A stretch of 63,761 nt of DNA, filler included. It is 4 parts of 4 records of this genome, joined end to end, with 100 filler letters (N's around TTAATTAATTAA, not from the genome) between each part and the next. Parts side by side here need not be neighbours in the genome. Positions count along the whole stretch, not along the records: positions 28,946 to 50,671 come from SRR20825006_1730; positions 50,772 to 63,761 come from SRR20825006_1735; 2 more parts are not named here. One strand, given 5' to 3'. The notes beneath the pieces are model-generated. The model was not told the DNA's origin. It made no database searches and saw only the letters and a program-made list of their open reading frames with translations. Each line of letters opens with the position of its first letter. The stretch's first letter is position 1. A program made the position numbers and the translations under genes. This document shows, in pieces, positions 47,394 through 57,719 of the stretch.

Positions 47394-48947
47394 ATGTCAC
47401 ACTCACTGAAAGTTTTAACAGTCTTTTTATTCGGCTCACTAGCTTCTTTTGCTCAGGATTCTCTTGTCACGAAAAAGTTTACGTTTGGTGGGGACACCAA
47501 AGAATTCGGTATTTCGGCTACTCAATTAAGCAGTAACAGAGCCATAGTATTTAACATCACAAAAAACTGCGTTACTGGTGTCTGCCAGCACGGATTGGGA
47601 ACTGCACTCATAACAGATAACGGACAAATAATCCGCTCCAATGTAATTGGGCACCCAACAAGTGATTTAGATGTTTTAAATGCTTATCCAAGTTCTGATG
47701 GTAATTGTGTGAGTCTATCTAGCTCCGTAAATTATTCAAGAGTGATTCAAAAAATCGATACGAATCTTACGATTCTTTGGAATGCATCTATACCGATCGA
47801 TCCACTGATTGATGAATTCGATATTTACCACGGGGTGCCTGCTGAAATGGATAATCGACATCACGTTTTACACGCTAATCAATGGTTGACGTATAGTCAG
47901 AGTGGATCATTGGTGCGGTCTAAGCGATTCGTAAATGGGTTTGATCCAGATAATAAATTTGATCTGAGTGCATTGCATAAACTGAAAACAAACCAATACC
48001 TCATTGGAGGTCATATTTGTGACGATCCAGGGTTTAATTCAGATCCTTTTATCATGCTAACGGATTCGCTAGGAACAATTATTAATTCTGTGAAATACGA
48101 TATCCCAGCAAACTATACGAACCAGATTACAGCTCTGTATACAATTGGTGAAAACTCTATTGTGGCTATTGGAAATTCATACAACGATGCGTTTGCATTG
48201 GGCCTTGATGGAGATTTGAATCTTAAATGGGCAAAGAAATATACTGGAGCCAACTTCTATACACACAGTTCTACGAAGGTAAATTCTAACTCTTTTGTGT
48301 TTGTTGGGGGAGGAACTACTTTTGCCATTGACAGTTTAGGGAATGTTTCTTGGGCGAAAATTATAGATTACGGTCAAGGTGCAATGCTTTACCGATCAGA
48401 TGATTGTCATTTCTCACTTTATTCGACGAAGAAAATTAGTAATATCGGGCAAGGACAGTGGATTAAAATGGATTATCTAGGGAATTATTCAAACAATCTA
48501 ACAACAAATTATTCAGTAACAACAACGGATTTAGTTCTCTCCACATTTACTCCGAATATTTCCGATTTAGGAGCTATAGTTACCACTCCGACTAGTATTC
48601 CTTTTACCGTTGCTCCGCCAATTACACTCACTGACACACTAATCAGTATTGCAGCAAGTAGTTCGAATTGTGCATTCAGTGTTGGGAATGAAGAACTCGA
48701 GATGGAGGAAAATTCATTGAGTATTTATCCTAATCCTGCGAATCAAGAGATAACAATCGAGTTTGATCATAGCGGAAATTATGAAATGACGATGTATGAC
48801 AACTTGGGAAATTCGGTGTGCAGAGAAAGACAGATTTCTGATTCAGAAAAAGAAGTGATCGATATTTCCGAGCTTTCCCCAGGAATTTATTATGTTTCAA
48901 TTAGTTCTGATGCAAATGTATTCATCCGAAAAATTGTCGTTGAATAA
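47394..48947 (+). CDS. T9SS type A sorting domain-containing secreted protein
   Basis: Signal peptide (SFA-QD); D..G...W repeats suggesting a beta-propeller; C-terminal IYPNPA...GIYYV...RKIVVE. Confidence 0.9.
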   Translation: MSHSLKVLTVFLFGSLASFAQDSLVTKKFTFGGDTKEFGISATQLSSNRAIVFNITKNCVTGVCQHGLGTALITDNGQIIRSNVIGHPTSDLDVLNAYPSSDGNCVSLSSSVNYSRVIQKIDTNLTILWNASIPIDPLIDEFDIYHGVPAEMDNRHHVLHANQWLTYSQSGSLVRSKRFVNGFDPDNKFDLSALHKLKTNQYLIGGHICDDPGFNSDPFIMLTDSLGTIINSVKYDIPANYTNQITALYTIGENSIVAIGNSYNDAFALGLDGDLNLKWAKKYTGANFYTHSSTKVNSNSFVFVGGGTTFAIDSLGNVSWAKIIDYGQGAMLYRSDDCHFSLYSTKKISNIGQGQWIKMDYLGNYSNNLTTNYSVTTTDLVLSTFTPNISDLGAIVTTPTSIPFTVAPPITLTDTLISIAASSSNCAFSVGNEELEMEENSLSIYPNPANQEITIEFDHSGNYEMTMYDNLGNSVCRERQISDSEKEVIDISELSPGIYYVSISSDANVFIRKIVVE

Positions 48948-48948
48948 C

Positions 48949-48981
48949 AAAAAAAGGTGACCCGTTCCCGAATCACCTTTT
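48949..48981. terminator. Bidirectional terminator between the T9SS cargo and katG
   Basis: AAAAGGTGA...TCACCTTTT. Confidence 0.7.
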
Positions 48982-49008
48982 CAACTAATAAACGATTACT
49001 GTACTTAT

Positions 49009-50670
<1,662 letters not shown>

Positions 50671-50671
50671 A

Positions 50672-50771
50672 NNNNNNNNNNNNNNNNNNNNNNNNNNNNN
50701 NNNNNNNNNNNNNNNTTAATTAATTAANNNNNNNNNNNNNNNNNNNNNNNNNNNNNNNNNNNNNNNNNNNN
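50672..50771. other. Artificial contig linker
   Basis: N44-TTAATTAATTAA-N44. Confidence 0.99.
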
Positions 50772-50797
50772 CTAACTTAACATTTTATATATTACAA

Positions 50798-51217
50798 CTA
50801 TTTATCATCTTTATTTTCAACACGTTCCCAAATTGAGTCTGCATTTAATTTAAAACTTCCCACAAAATCAAAATTACATTGGTGTGGCGCAATGATAGAT
50901 AAAAAAGTTTCTGAGTTTTTACGTCTGTATAAGTGGTACGTTTCGCCAACTACAGGTTCAAAAGAAAACTTAGATTGGTAAATTAATTGATTGTACTCAT
51001 ATTCCTTGAGCATAGCTTCGTAAGCACTCTGCAACTCAGAGAATTTTGTCTTAATCTTATGGTTAACTTTATTTATGCTCCTGTTTTTCCAAGCTGTGGT
51101 ATCGAGTGAAGTTATTTGCGGAGCACCAAGATTTGTTGCATAGGTTTTTAAGCTGGCATCATATTTTTGATCTGCTTCATTAAATACAACGTTATCTGGT
51201 TTCTTTTTTTTAGACAT
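50798..51217 (-). CDS. DUF2452 family protein
   Basis: FSFEPVVGETYHLY...FLSIIAP. Confidence 0.85.
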   Translation of the reverse strand: MSKKKKPDNVVFNEADQKYDASLKTYATNLGAPQITSLDTTAWKNRSINKVNHKIKTKFSELQSAYEAMLKEYEYNQLIYQSKFSFEPVVGETYHLYRRKNSETFLSIIAPHQCNFDFVGSFKLNADSIWERVENKDDK

Positions 51218-51225
51218 CCTTTAGC

Positions 51226-51390
51226 TTATTCTAAATTTTCCATTTTATTTAAAAGTTCTTCAGCTTCAGCAACTTTTGCATCACTTGCCCTTCTATTAGA
51301 TTTAGATAGCTTATGTGCTTGCTCCATTAGCTTTGCATATTTAGCTTGAAGCTTCTCTTTCTCAGTCGATTTCTTAAATAATCCAAACAT
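51226..51390 (-). CDS. Small Lacal_2735-like protein (54 aa, not in the ORF track)
   Basis: Manual translation MFGLFKKSTEKEKLQAKYAKLMEQAHKLSKSNRRASDAKVAEAEELLNKMENLE. Confidence 0.8.
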   Translation of the reverse strand: MFGLFKKSTEKEKLQAKYAKLMEQAHKLSKSNRRASDAKVAEAEELLNKMENLE

Positions 51391-51451
51391 AACGTATCTT
51401 TTAGTAAAGATACAGTTTTGTTTAGTTATTATATAAAAAGACTAAACAATA

Positions 51452-53008
51452 TTATAGTTTATAGAGTTTTGCAATTGCATCAACACAATTAATTCCATCA
51501 ATAGCTGCAGAAATAATGCCACCTGCATATCCTGCTCCTTCGCCACAAGGATATAAACCGCTTATTTCAATATGCTCCAACGTTTCCGTATCTCGAGGAA
51601 TTGAAACCGGTGAAGATGTTCTACTTTCTGGTGCGTGTAATACAGCTGTATTTGTATAATATCCTTTCATCTTTTTGCCAAATGCCTTAAACGCTTTTTG
51701 TAGTCGTACAGATATTAAATCTGGCAATACTGTATTAAGATCTAAAGATGTTAATCCAGGTTGGTAAGACGTTTTAGGCAAGTCTTTAGACACTCTACCT
51801 TCAACAAAATCTACCATACGTTGTGCAGGTACTTTCTGTGTTTTTCCTGCAGCTTCCCAACAAGCTTTTTCAACCTCTTGTTGAAACTCCAAACATACAA
51901 ACGGGTTGTCTTTGGAATAGTTTGGAAGATCTTTAGGCGTAACACTTACAACGATACCTGAATTTGCATAGGGATTATTACGCTTGCTAGGACTCCAACC
52001 ATTAGTCACAACTTCACCAGGTTCTGTTGCGCAAGGCGCTATAATGCCACCAGGACACATACAAAATGAGTAAACGCCCATACCATCTACCTGCTCTACT
52101 AAGGCATAAGATGCTGGTGGTAAATACGGGTTATCTTGATCTCCATGATATTGTATCGTATCTATTAATTCCTGTTGATGCTCTACACGTACTCCAATAG
52201 CAAACGGTTTTGCTTCAATAGTTATTTGTTTATCGTGTAGTAAGTAGAAAATATCTCTGGCTGAATGCCCAGTTGCAAGTATAACATGAGCTGCATTAAA
52301 CCAAGTATCATTATTAATCTCGACAGATTTTATTGCTTTATCTTCAATTAAAACATCGGTTAATTTAGAGTTAAAATGAACTTCACCTCCAGCATCTACA
52401 ATAGCTTCTCGCATAGCTGTGATAATCTTTGGAAGCTTATTGGTTCCTATATGTGGGTGCGCATCTACCAAAATATCTTCATCTGCTCCAAAATGTACAA
52501 ACCACTCTAATGCCTTAAGAACATTACCACGTTTTTTTGAGCGCGTGTACAATTTACCATCTGAATAGGTTCCTGCACCACCTTCTCCAAAGCAGTAATT
52601 ACTTTCTGGATTTACAAGGTGTTCTTTGTTGATTTTAGCTAGATCACGTCTGCGCTCTCTTACATCTTTTCCTCGTTCGAAGATAATTGGTTTTAAACCT
52701 GCTTCAACAGCTCTAAGACCAGCATACAATCCTGCAGGACCAGCGCCTATTATAATAACCTCAACAGCATCTGAAACTGCTTTAGGAGTAAATGAAGTAA
52801 TCTTTTCTTTAACTTCACCTTTTAGCCAGAATTCTATCTGAAGATTTAACTTTACAGGTGCTCTTCTTGCATCTATAGATCGTTTTCTTATTCGCCAATC
52901 ACTAACTTTACTCATTTGTAGCTTAGCTTTTTCTAAAGCTAATTCTAAAATATAGTTATGGTCGTCTTGCTTTTCTGGAGCTAATTGAATTTGTACGAGT
53001 CTGCTCAT
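51452..53008 (-). CDS. NAD(P)/FAD-dependent oxidoreductase (COG2509-like)
   Basis: GAGPAG, GEGGAGTYSDGKL, FCMCPGG, GEGAGYAGGI. Confidence 0.9.
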   Translation of the reverse strand: MSRLVQIQLAPEKQDDHNYILELALEKAKLQMSKVSDWRIRKRSIDARRAPVKLNLQIEFWLKGEVKEKITSFTPKAVSDAVEVIIIGAGPAGLYAGLRAVEAGLKPIIFERGKDVRERRRDLAKINKEHLVNPESNYCFGEGGAGTYSDGKLYTRSKKRGNVLKALEWFVHFGADEDILVDAHPHIGTNKLPKIITAMREAIVDAGGEVHFNSKLTDVLIEDKAIKSVEINNDTWFNAAHVILATGHSARDIFYLLHDKQITIEAKPFAIGVRVEHQQELIDTIQYHGDQDNPYLPPASYALVEQVDGMGVYSFCMCPGGIIAPCATEPGEVVTNGWSPSKRNNPYANSGIVVSVTPKDLPNYSKDNPFVCLEFQQEVEKACWEAAGKTQKVPAQRMVDFVEGRVSKDLPKTSYQPGLTSLDLNTVLPDLISVRLQKAFKAFGKKMKGYYTNTAVLHAPESRTSSPVSIPRDTETLEHIEISGLYPCGEGAGYAGGIISAAIDGINCVDAIAKLYKL

Positions 53009-53144
53009 AATTACTGCAAATATAAATTAAATAGCTATTGAAATGCTTTGTGCACAGAGCATAGACAATGTATTTTCGATTCTCTTGATATCTTTTAAAT
53101 AAAATTTTAACATTTGTGGAGTTGTAGGAGTATCTTTACAATAT

Positions 53145-53777
53145 ATGAGAGACATAATTACCAAACATTTTAAGTCTGTTTTTGAGGCGGAACTTCTTGA
53201 GGAAATTATAAAAATAGGTGAAATTAAAACCTATCCTAAAGATACGTTACTTATGGACTTTGGCGAATATATGCGCCATATGCCTTTAATAATTGATGGT
53301 GCAATAAAAATCTCACGTATAGATAAAAATAATGATGAGTTGTTTCTTTATTTTTTAAAACGAGGTCAAAGTTGCGCTATGACATTGTCTTATTTTATTG
53401 GGCATCATAAGAGTGAAATTAAGGCGGTTTCCGAAACTGAAACCTCAATGGTATTATTACCAGTAGATCAAATTGAAATTTGGATCTCAAAGTATAAATC
53501 TTGGCGAAAGTTTGTATTTGAAAACTATCACGAAAGATTTATTGAACTATTAGATACCATTGACACTATTGCATTTTCTAATACAAGCGAAAGATTGTTA
53601 CATTACTTAAGCAACAAGGCGAAAGTAAATAAATCTAACACCATTAAAATTACTCATCAAGAAATTGCTTTTGATCTTAACACCTCTAGAGTTGTAATTT
53701 CTAGACTTTTAAAAACACTGGAGCAAGAAGGTGAAATTAAGTTAGAACGCAATAAAATTTATATTTTAAGTAAATAA
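53145..53777 (+). CDS. Crp/Fnr family transcriptional regulator
   Basis: cNMP-binding fold (GQSCAMT) and HTH THQEIAFDLNTSRVVISRLLK. Confidence 0.93.
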   Translation: MRDIITKHFKSVFEAELLEEIIKIGEIKTYPKDTLLMDFGEYMRHMPLIIDGAIKISRIDKNNDELFLYFLKRGQSCAMTLSYFIGHHKSEIKAVSETETSMVLLPVDQIEIWISKYKSWRKFVFENYHERFIELLDTIDTIAFSNTSERLLHYLSNKAKVNKSNTIKITHQEIAFDLNTSRVVISRLLKTLEQEGEIKLERNKIYILSK

Positions 53778-53784
53778 TTCACCT

Positions 53785-53830
53785 AAGTAACTAATGTTAC
53801 TTACATCTTTAAATTAAACCTTTAGTTTTG
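53785..53830 (+). promoter_or_regulatory. GTAAC-N4-GTTAC operator plus -7 promoter of the tauE-like gene
   Basis: AAGTAACTAATGTTACTT (53785-53802); TAGTTTTG at 53823-53830. Confidence 0.7.
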
Positions 53831-53848
53831 CAACTTTAAATTGCTACT

Positions 53849-54652
53849 ATGGATGTATTACAGATATTAGGTTACTTAAGTGCATTGCTTATAGGTATTG
53901 TATTAGGTCTTATTGGTGGTGGTGGCTCAATTTTAACTGTTCCTATACTTGTTTATTTACTTTATATTAACCCTGTAACAGCTACTGCTTACTCTTTATT
54001 TGTTGTGGGCACAACAGCATTAGTTGGCGCTATCAAAAACTTGAAAAAAGGGTTAATAGATATTAAAACAGCTATTGTGTTTTCTATTCCTGCTTTTATA
54101 GCAGTGTATTTAACTAGAAAGTATTTAGTACCAGCAATTCCAGACACATTATTTAGTTTAGGTGATTTTATAGTGACTAAGAATATAGCTATAATGATAT
54201 TTTTTGCTCTAATCATGCTCATTGCGGCAATAACTATGATTAGGGATAAAAAGAAAACAACAACGCAAGACGAAAAAATTAAATTTAATTATCCTCTTAT
54301 TTTAATTGAAGGTGCTGTAGTTGGAGTGCTTACAGGAATAGTTGGTGCTGGTGGCGGTTTTTTAATTATTCCAGCATTAGTGTTGTTTGCTAAATTGCCA
54401 ATGAAGAAGGCCGTAGCTACCTCATTACTCATAATAGCCATAAAGTCTTTAATAGGATTTATTGGAGACATTCAAAATTTAGATATCGAATGGAGTTTCC
54501 TTATCCTATTTTCAAGCTTATCTGTCGCTGGTATTTTTATAGGCATTTGGCTAAATAACTTTATAGATGGCAAAAAATTAAAAAAGGGATTTGGTTGGTT
54601 TGTTCTAGTTATGGGAATATATATAATTCTAAAAGAATCTATATTCAAATAA
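53849..54652 (+). CDS. TauE/SafE (TSUP) sulfite exporter family protein
   Basis: GLIGGGGSILTVP and GIVGAGGGFLIIP repeats, AVATSL. Confidence 0.93.
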   Translation: MDVLQILGYLSALLIGIVLGLIGGGGSILTVPILVYLLYINPVTATAYSLFVVGTTALVGAIKNLKKGLIDIKTAIVFSIPAFIAVYLTRKYLVPAIPDTLFSLGDFIVTKNIAIMIFFALIMLIAAITMIRDKKKTTTQDEKIKFNYPLILIEGAVVGVLTGIVGAGGGFLIIPALVLFAKLPMKKAVATSLLIIAIKSLIGFIGDIQNLDIEWSFLILFSSLSVAGIFIGIWLNNFIDGKKLKKGFGWFVLVMGIYIILKESIFK

Positions 54653-54664
54653 ATCTAAGTTCTC

Positions 54665-54709
54665 TGTAACAAAAGTTACAAAAATGTCAAGATATGAACT
54701 GTATTTTTG
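54665..54709 (+). promoter_or_regulatory. GTAAC-N4-GTTAC operator plus -7 promoter of the dioxygenase-yeeE genes
   Basis: TGTAACAAAAGTTACA (54665-54680); TATTTTTG at 54702-54709. Confidence 0.7.
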
Positions 54710-54724
54710 CATAAAATCTCTTGC

Positions 54725-56071
54725 ATGAATATTATACAATTTACATACAAACCGCTTTCTCATTTTTCCTACGCAATTATAAGCAATGATGAAATTGCCA
54801 TTGTAGATCCAGAAAGAAACCCATACCAATATTACGCCTTAGCAAAAAAGCATAATGCTAAAATTGTGGCTGTTTTTGAAACTCATCCACATGCAGATTT
54901 TGTGAGCTCTCATTTGCAAATTCATAAAGAAACTGGAGCTACAATTTATACCAGTGAAAAGGTAAACGCAGATTACCCACATAAGACTTTTGATTCTGGA
55001 GATACCGTTACAATAGGTGATATTGAATTTTCTGCAGTAAACTCTCCTGGCCATTCTCCAGATAGTATTACAGTAATTGCTACACAAGGCGAAGATGTTG
55101 CTTTATTTACAGGAGATACTCTTTTTGTAGGCGATGTTGGGAGACCAGATCTTCGAGAAGGTTCTGGCCATTTAAAAGCTACACGAAAAGCAATGGCTAA
55201 AAGCATGTACAAGACTATTAACAAGGTATATGCAGAACTGCCAGATCACGCCTTAGTATATCCTGCTCATGGTGCAGGCTCTCTTTGCGGAAAAGGGATG
55301 AGCTCCAACTCTACTTCTTCTACATTAGGAAACGAAAGGTTAAGCAACTGGGCCTTTAATGTAAAAAACGAAGGTGAATTTATGTCTGAATTATTAGACG
55401 ATCAACCATTTATACCAAAGTATTTTAATAAGGCGGTTTCTATTAATAAAGATGGTGCATCAAATTATGATGAAAACTTTAAGGGTGTTATAGAGTATTA
55501 TAAAACTAAAGTTGCTCCAACAGATGCTCTAATAATAGATATACGCGATGAGAAAAACTTTAAAGACAATCATTTAAAGGGAAGTTACAACATCATGGCT
55601 ATGTCACCTACTTCTAAATTTGAAACTTGGTTAGGCTCCATAGTTAATCCTGATGAAGAGTTTTATATTGTTTTAGAAAATTCTAATCAAGCAGCTTCAA
55701 TTTACGAACGTGTAACCAAAATTGGATATGAAAAGCAAATTAAAGGCTTTATAACCCTAGCTAAAGAAGACTTCTCTACGTCTAAAAAATTAGATTTAAA
55801 GCATTTTAAAAAATATCCAGACACGTATACTATTGTTGATATCAGAAATAAAAGCGAAGTCGCAAATCAAAAATTATTTCCTCAGGCTATTAATATTCCA
55901 TTACATGAATTAAGAGAGAATATTAAGGCTATTCCAACTATAAGTCCAATTATAGTTCATTGTGCTGGTGGTTATCGTAGCGCTGCAGGAAGTAGCATCA
56001 TTTTAGCTGAGTTAGATACAGATGAAATAGCTGTGTATGATCTTAGTGATGCAGTAAAAGATTTTAGTTAA
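54725..56071 (+). CDS. Persulfide dioxygenase-rhodanese fusion (CstB-like MBL fold)
   Basis: THPHADF, PGHSPD, GDVGRPDL, HGAGSLCG; C-terminal rhodanese HCAGGYRS; ATG at 54725. Confidence 0.88.
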   Translation: MNIIQFTYKPLSHFSYAIISNDEIAIVDPERNPYQYYALAKKHNAKIVAVFETHPHADFVSSHLQIHKETGATIYTSEKVNADYPHKTFDSGDTVTIGDIEFSAVNSPGHSPDSITVIATQGEDVALFTGDTLFVGDVGRPDLREGSGHLKATRKAMAKSMYKTINKVYAELPDHALVYPAHGAGSLCGKGMSSNSTSSTLGNERLSNWAFNVKNEGEFMSELLDDQPFIPKYFNKAVSINKDGASNYDENFKGVIEYYKTKVAPTDALIIDIRDEKNFKDNHLKGSYNIMAMSPTSKFETWLGSIVNPDEEFYIVLENSNQAASIYERVTKIGYEKQIKGFITLAKEDFSTSKKLDLKHFKKYPDTYTIVDIRNKSEVANQKLFPQAINIPLHELRENIKAIPTISPIIVHCAGGYRSAAGSSIILAELDTDEIAVYDLSDAVKDFS

Positions 56072-56072
56072 T

Positions 56073-56630
56073 ATGGATTTTATATATGACACTTGGCCTT
56101 GGTATGTTTCTGGGCCACTTATAGCATTGGTGATGTTTTTATTACTATTTGCCGGTAAATCTTTTGGGATGTCTTCTAATTTAAGAACAATGTGTTCTGC
56201 TATGGGTGCCGAAAAATTTGCTGACTTTTTTAAGTTTGATTGGAAAGCAAATATTTGGAATCTTACTGTCGTCCTAGGAGTTGTAATTGGTGGCTTTTTG
56301 GCGTCAACATTTTTCTCGAATAATGTAGTTACCATAAACCCTGTAATTGCTACACAACTGCAAGAAGATTACAGCTTTAATAGCGTTAACAGTTCTTACT
56401 TACCTAAAGAGATTTTTTCTGCTGAAGCTTTAGACAATCCATTTAACATCCTAATTTTATTAATTGGTGGTTTATTGGTTGGGTTTGGCGCAAGGTATGC
56501 TGGTGGTTGTACTTCTGGACATGCTATCTCTGGGTTAAGTAACTTACAAACACCATCTCTAATAGCTGTAATAGGGTTTTTTATTGGTGGTTTACTTATG
56601 ATTCATTTACTATTTCCATTAATATTTTAA
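56073..56630 (+). CDS. YeeE/YedE sulfur-compound transporter subunit
   Basis: WPWYVSG, GFGARYAGGCTSGH. Confidence 0.92.
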   Translation: MDFIYDTWPWYVSGPLIALVMFLLLFAGKSFGMSSNLRTMCSAMGAEKFADFFKFDWKANIWNLTVVLGVVIGGFLASTFFSNNVVTINPVIATQLQEDYSFNSVNSSYLPKEIFSAEALDNPFNILILLIGGLLVGFGARYAGGCTSGHAISGLSNLQTPSLIAVIGFFIGGLLMIHLLFPLIF

Positions 56631-56633
56631 GTT

Positions 56634-57047
56634 ATGAGGTTTATTTCATTTTTAGGTATAGGCATTCTTTTTGGAATAGTTCTTTACAAGTCTGAAGCTG
56701 CGTCTTGGTTTAGAATCTATGAAATGTTTCAATTAGGATCATTTCATATGTATGGCATAATTGCATCGGCAGTTATACTTGGTGTTGCTGGCCTTTATTT
56801 AATAAAGAAGAAAGAAATTAAAGCTCTTAATGGAGCAGCAATAAACCCAACACCTAAAGAATTTAGCGTTACAAGATATTTAGTTGGCGGTATCTTTTTT
56901 GGTTTAGGTTGGGCTTTGGTTGGCGCGTGTCCAGGACCAATGTATGTTCTTATAGGCGCAGGATATTGGCCTATTCTAATTGTAATTGTTGGGGCGTTAT
57001 TGGGAACTCTCCTTTATGGAGTACTAAGGACTAAGTTACCTCATTAA
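56634..57047 (+). CDS. YeeE/YedE sulfur-compound transporter subunit
   Basis: FGLGWALVGACPGP. Confidence 0.92.
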   Translation: MRFISFLGIGILFGIVLYKSEAASWFRIYEMFQLGSFHMYGIIASAVILGVAGLYLIKKKEIKALNGAAINPTPKEFSVTRYLVGGIFFGLGWALVGACPGPMYVLIGAGYWPILIVIVGALLGTLLYGVLRTKLPH

Positions 57048-57686
57048 GTTAGCAAAAGAAATTTCTTTATAATCTGAAATCACTTTGTCTGCTAAACTGT
57101 AGTCTTGGTTTGTAGAGTGTTTGCTATCGTAACCTACGCAATAAATACCAGCACCTTTAGCTGCTTTAATACCATTAGTTGAGTCTTCGATTACCAAGCA
57201 ATTTTCTTTGGGTTGTCCAGATGCCTCGGCTGCCTTTACAAATATCTCAGGATTAGGTTTAGACTCTTTAAGGTCTGCACCACTTAACTTGGCTACAAAA
57301 TATTGATTTAAATTGAACCTTTCGAAAATCCTGTTAATATTAGGCATAGATGCTGAAGAAGCTAATACTAAGGTAAGACCGTTAGCATAATAGTCTTTAA
57401 TTAAGTCTTCTACACCAGAAATAAGCTGAAGGCTCTCATCATTTTCAAATAAATACTTAAAATGAAGGCGTTTTTTAGCAACTAATTCTTCTGGAGCGTG
57501 ATCTACTTTAAATTCATCTACCAATCGCTTACAGATATTTAGGGTAGATTGCCCTGTAAACGACTCATAAAGTGGTTTAGAAACGGGTAGGCTAAAATCT
57601 TCAAACATCTTGTAATAGGCTTTTTTATGTAGAGGTTCTGTATCTACAATAACACCATCCATATCAAATAAAATTGCCTTGATCAT
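57036..57686 (-). CDS. HAD superfamily hydrolase (beta-PGM/CbbY-like)
   Basis: FDMDGVIVDTE, SKPNPEIF, IEDSTNG. Confidence 0.93.
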   Translation of the reverse strand: MIKAILFDMDGVIVDTEPLHKKAYYKMFEDFSLPVSKPLYESFTGQSTLNICKRLVDEFKVDHAPEELVAKKRLHFKYLFENDESLQLISGVEDLIKDYYANGLTLVLASSASMPNINRIFERFNLNQYFVAKLSGADLKESKPNPEIFVKAAEASGQPKENCLVIEDSTNGIKAAKGAGIYCVGYDSKHSTNQDYSLADKVISDYKEISFANLMR

Positions 57687-57719
57687 TGCTTAAGTTTTAC
57701 GCAAAACTAAGATTATTTA

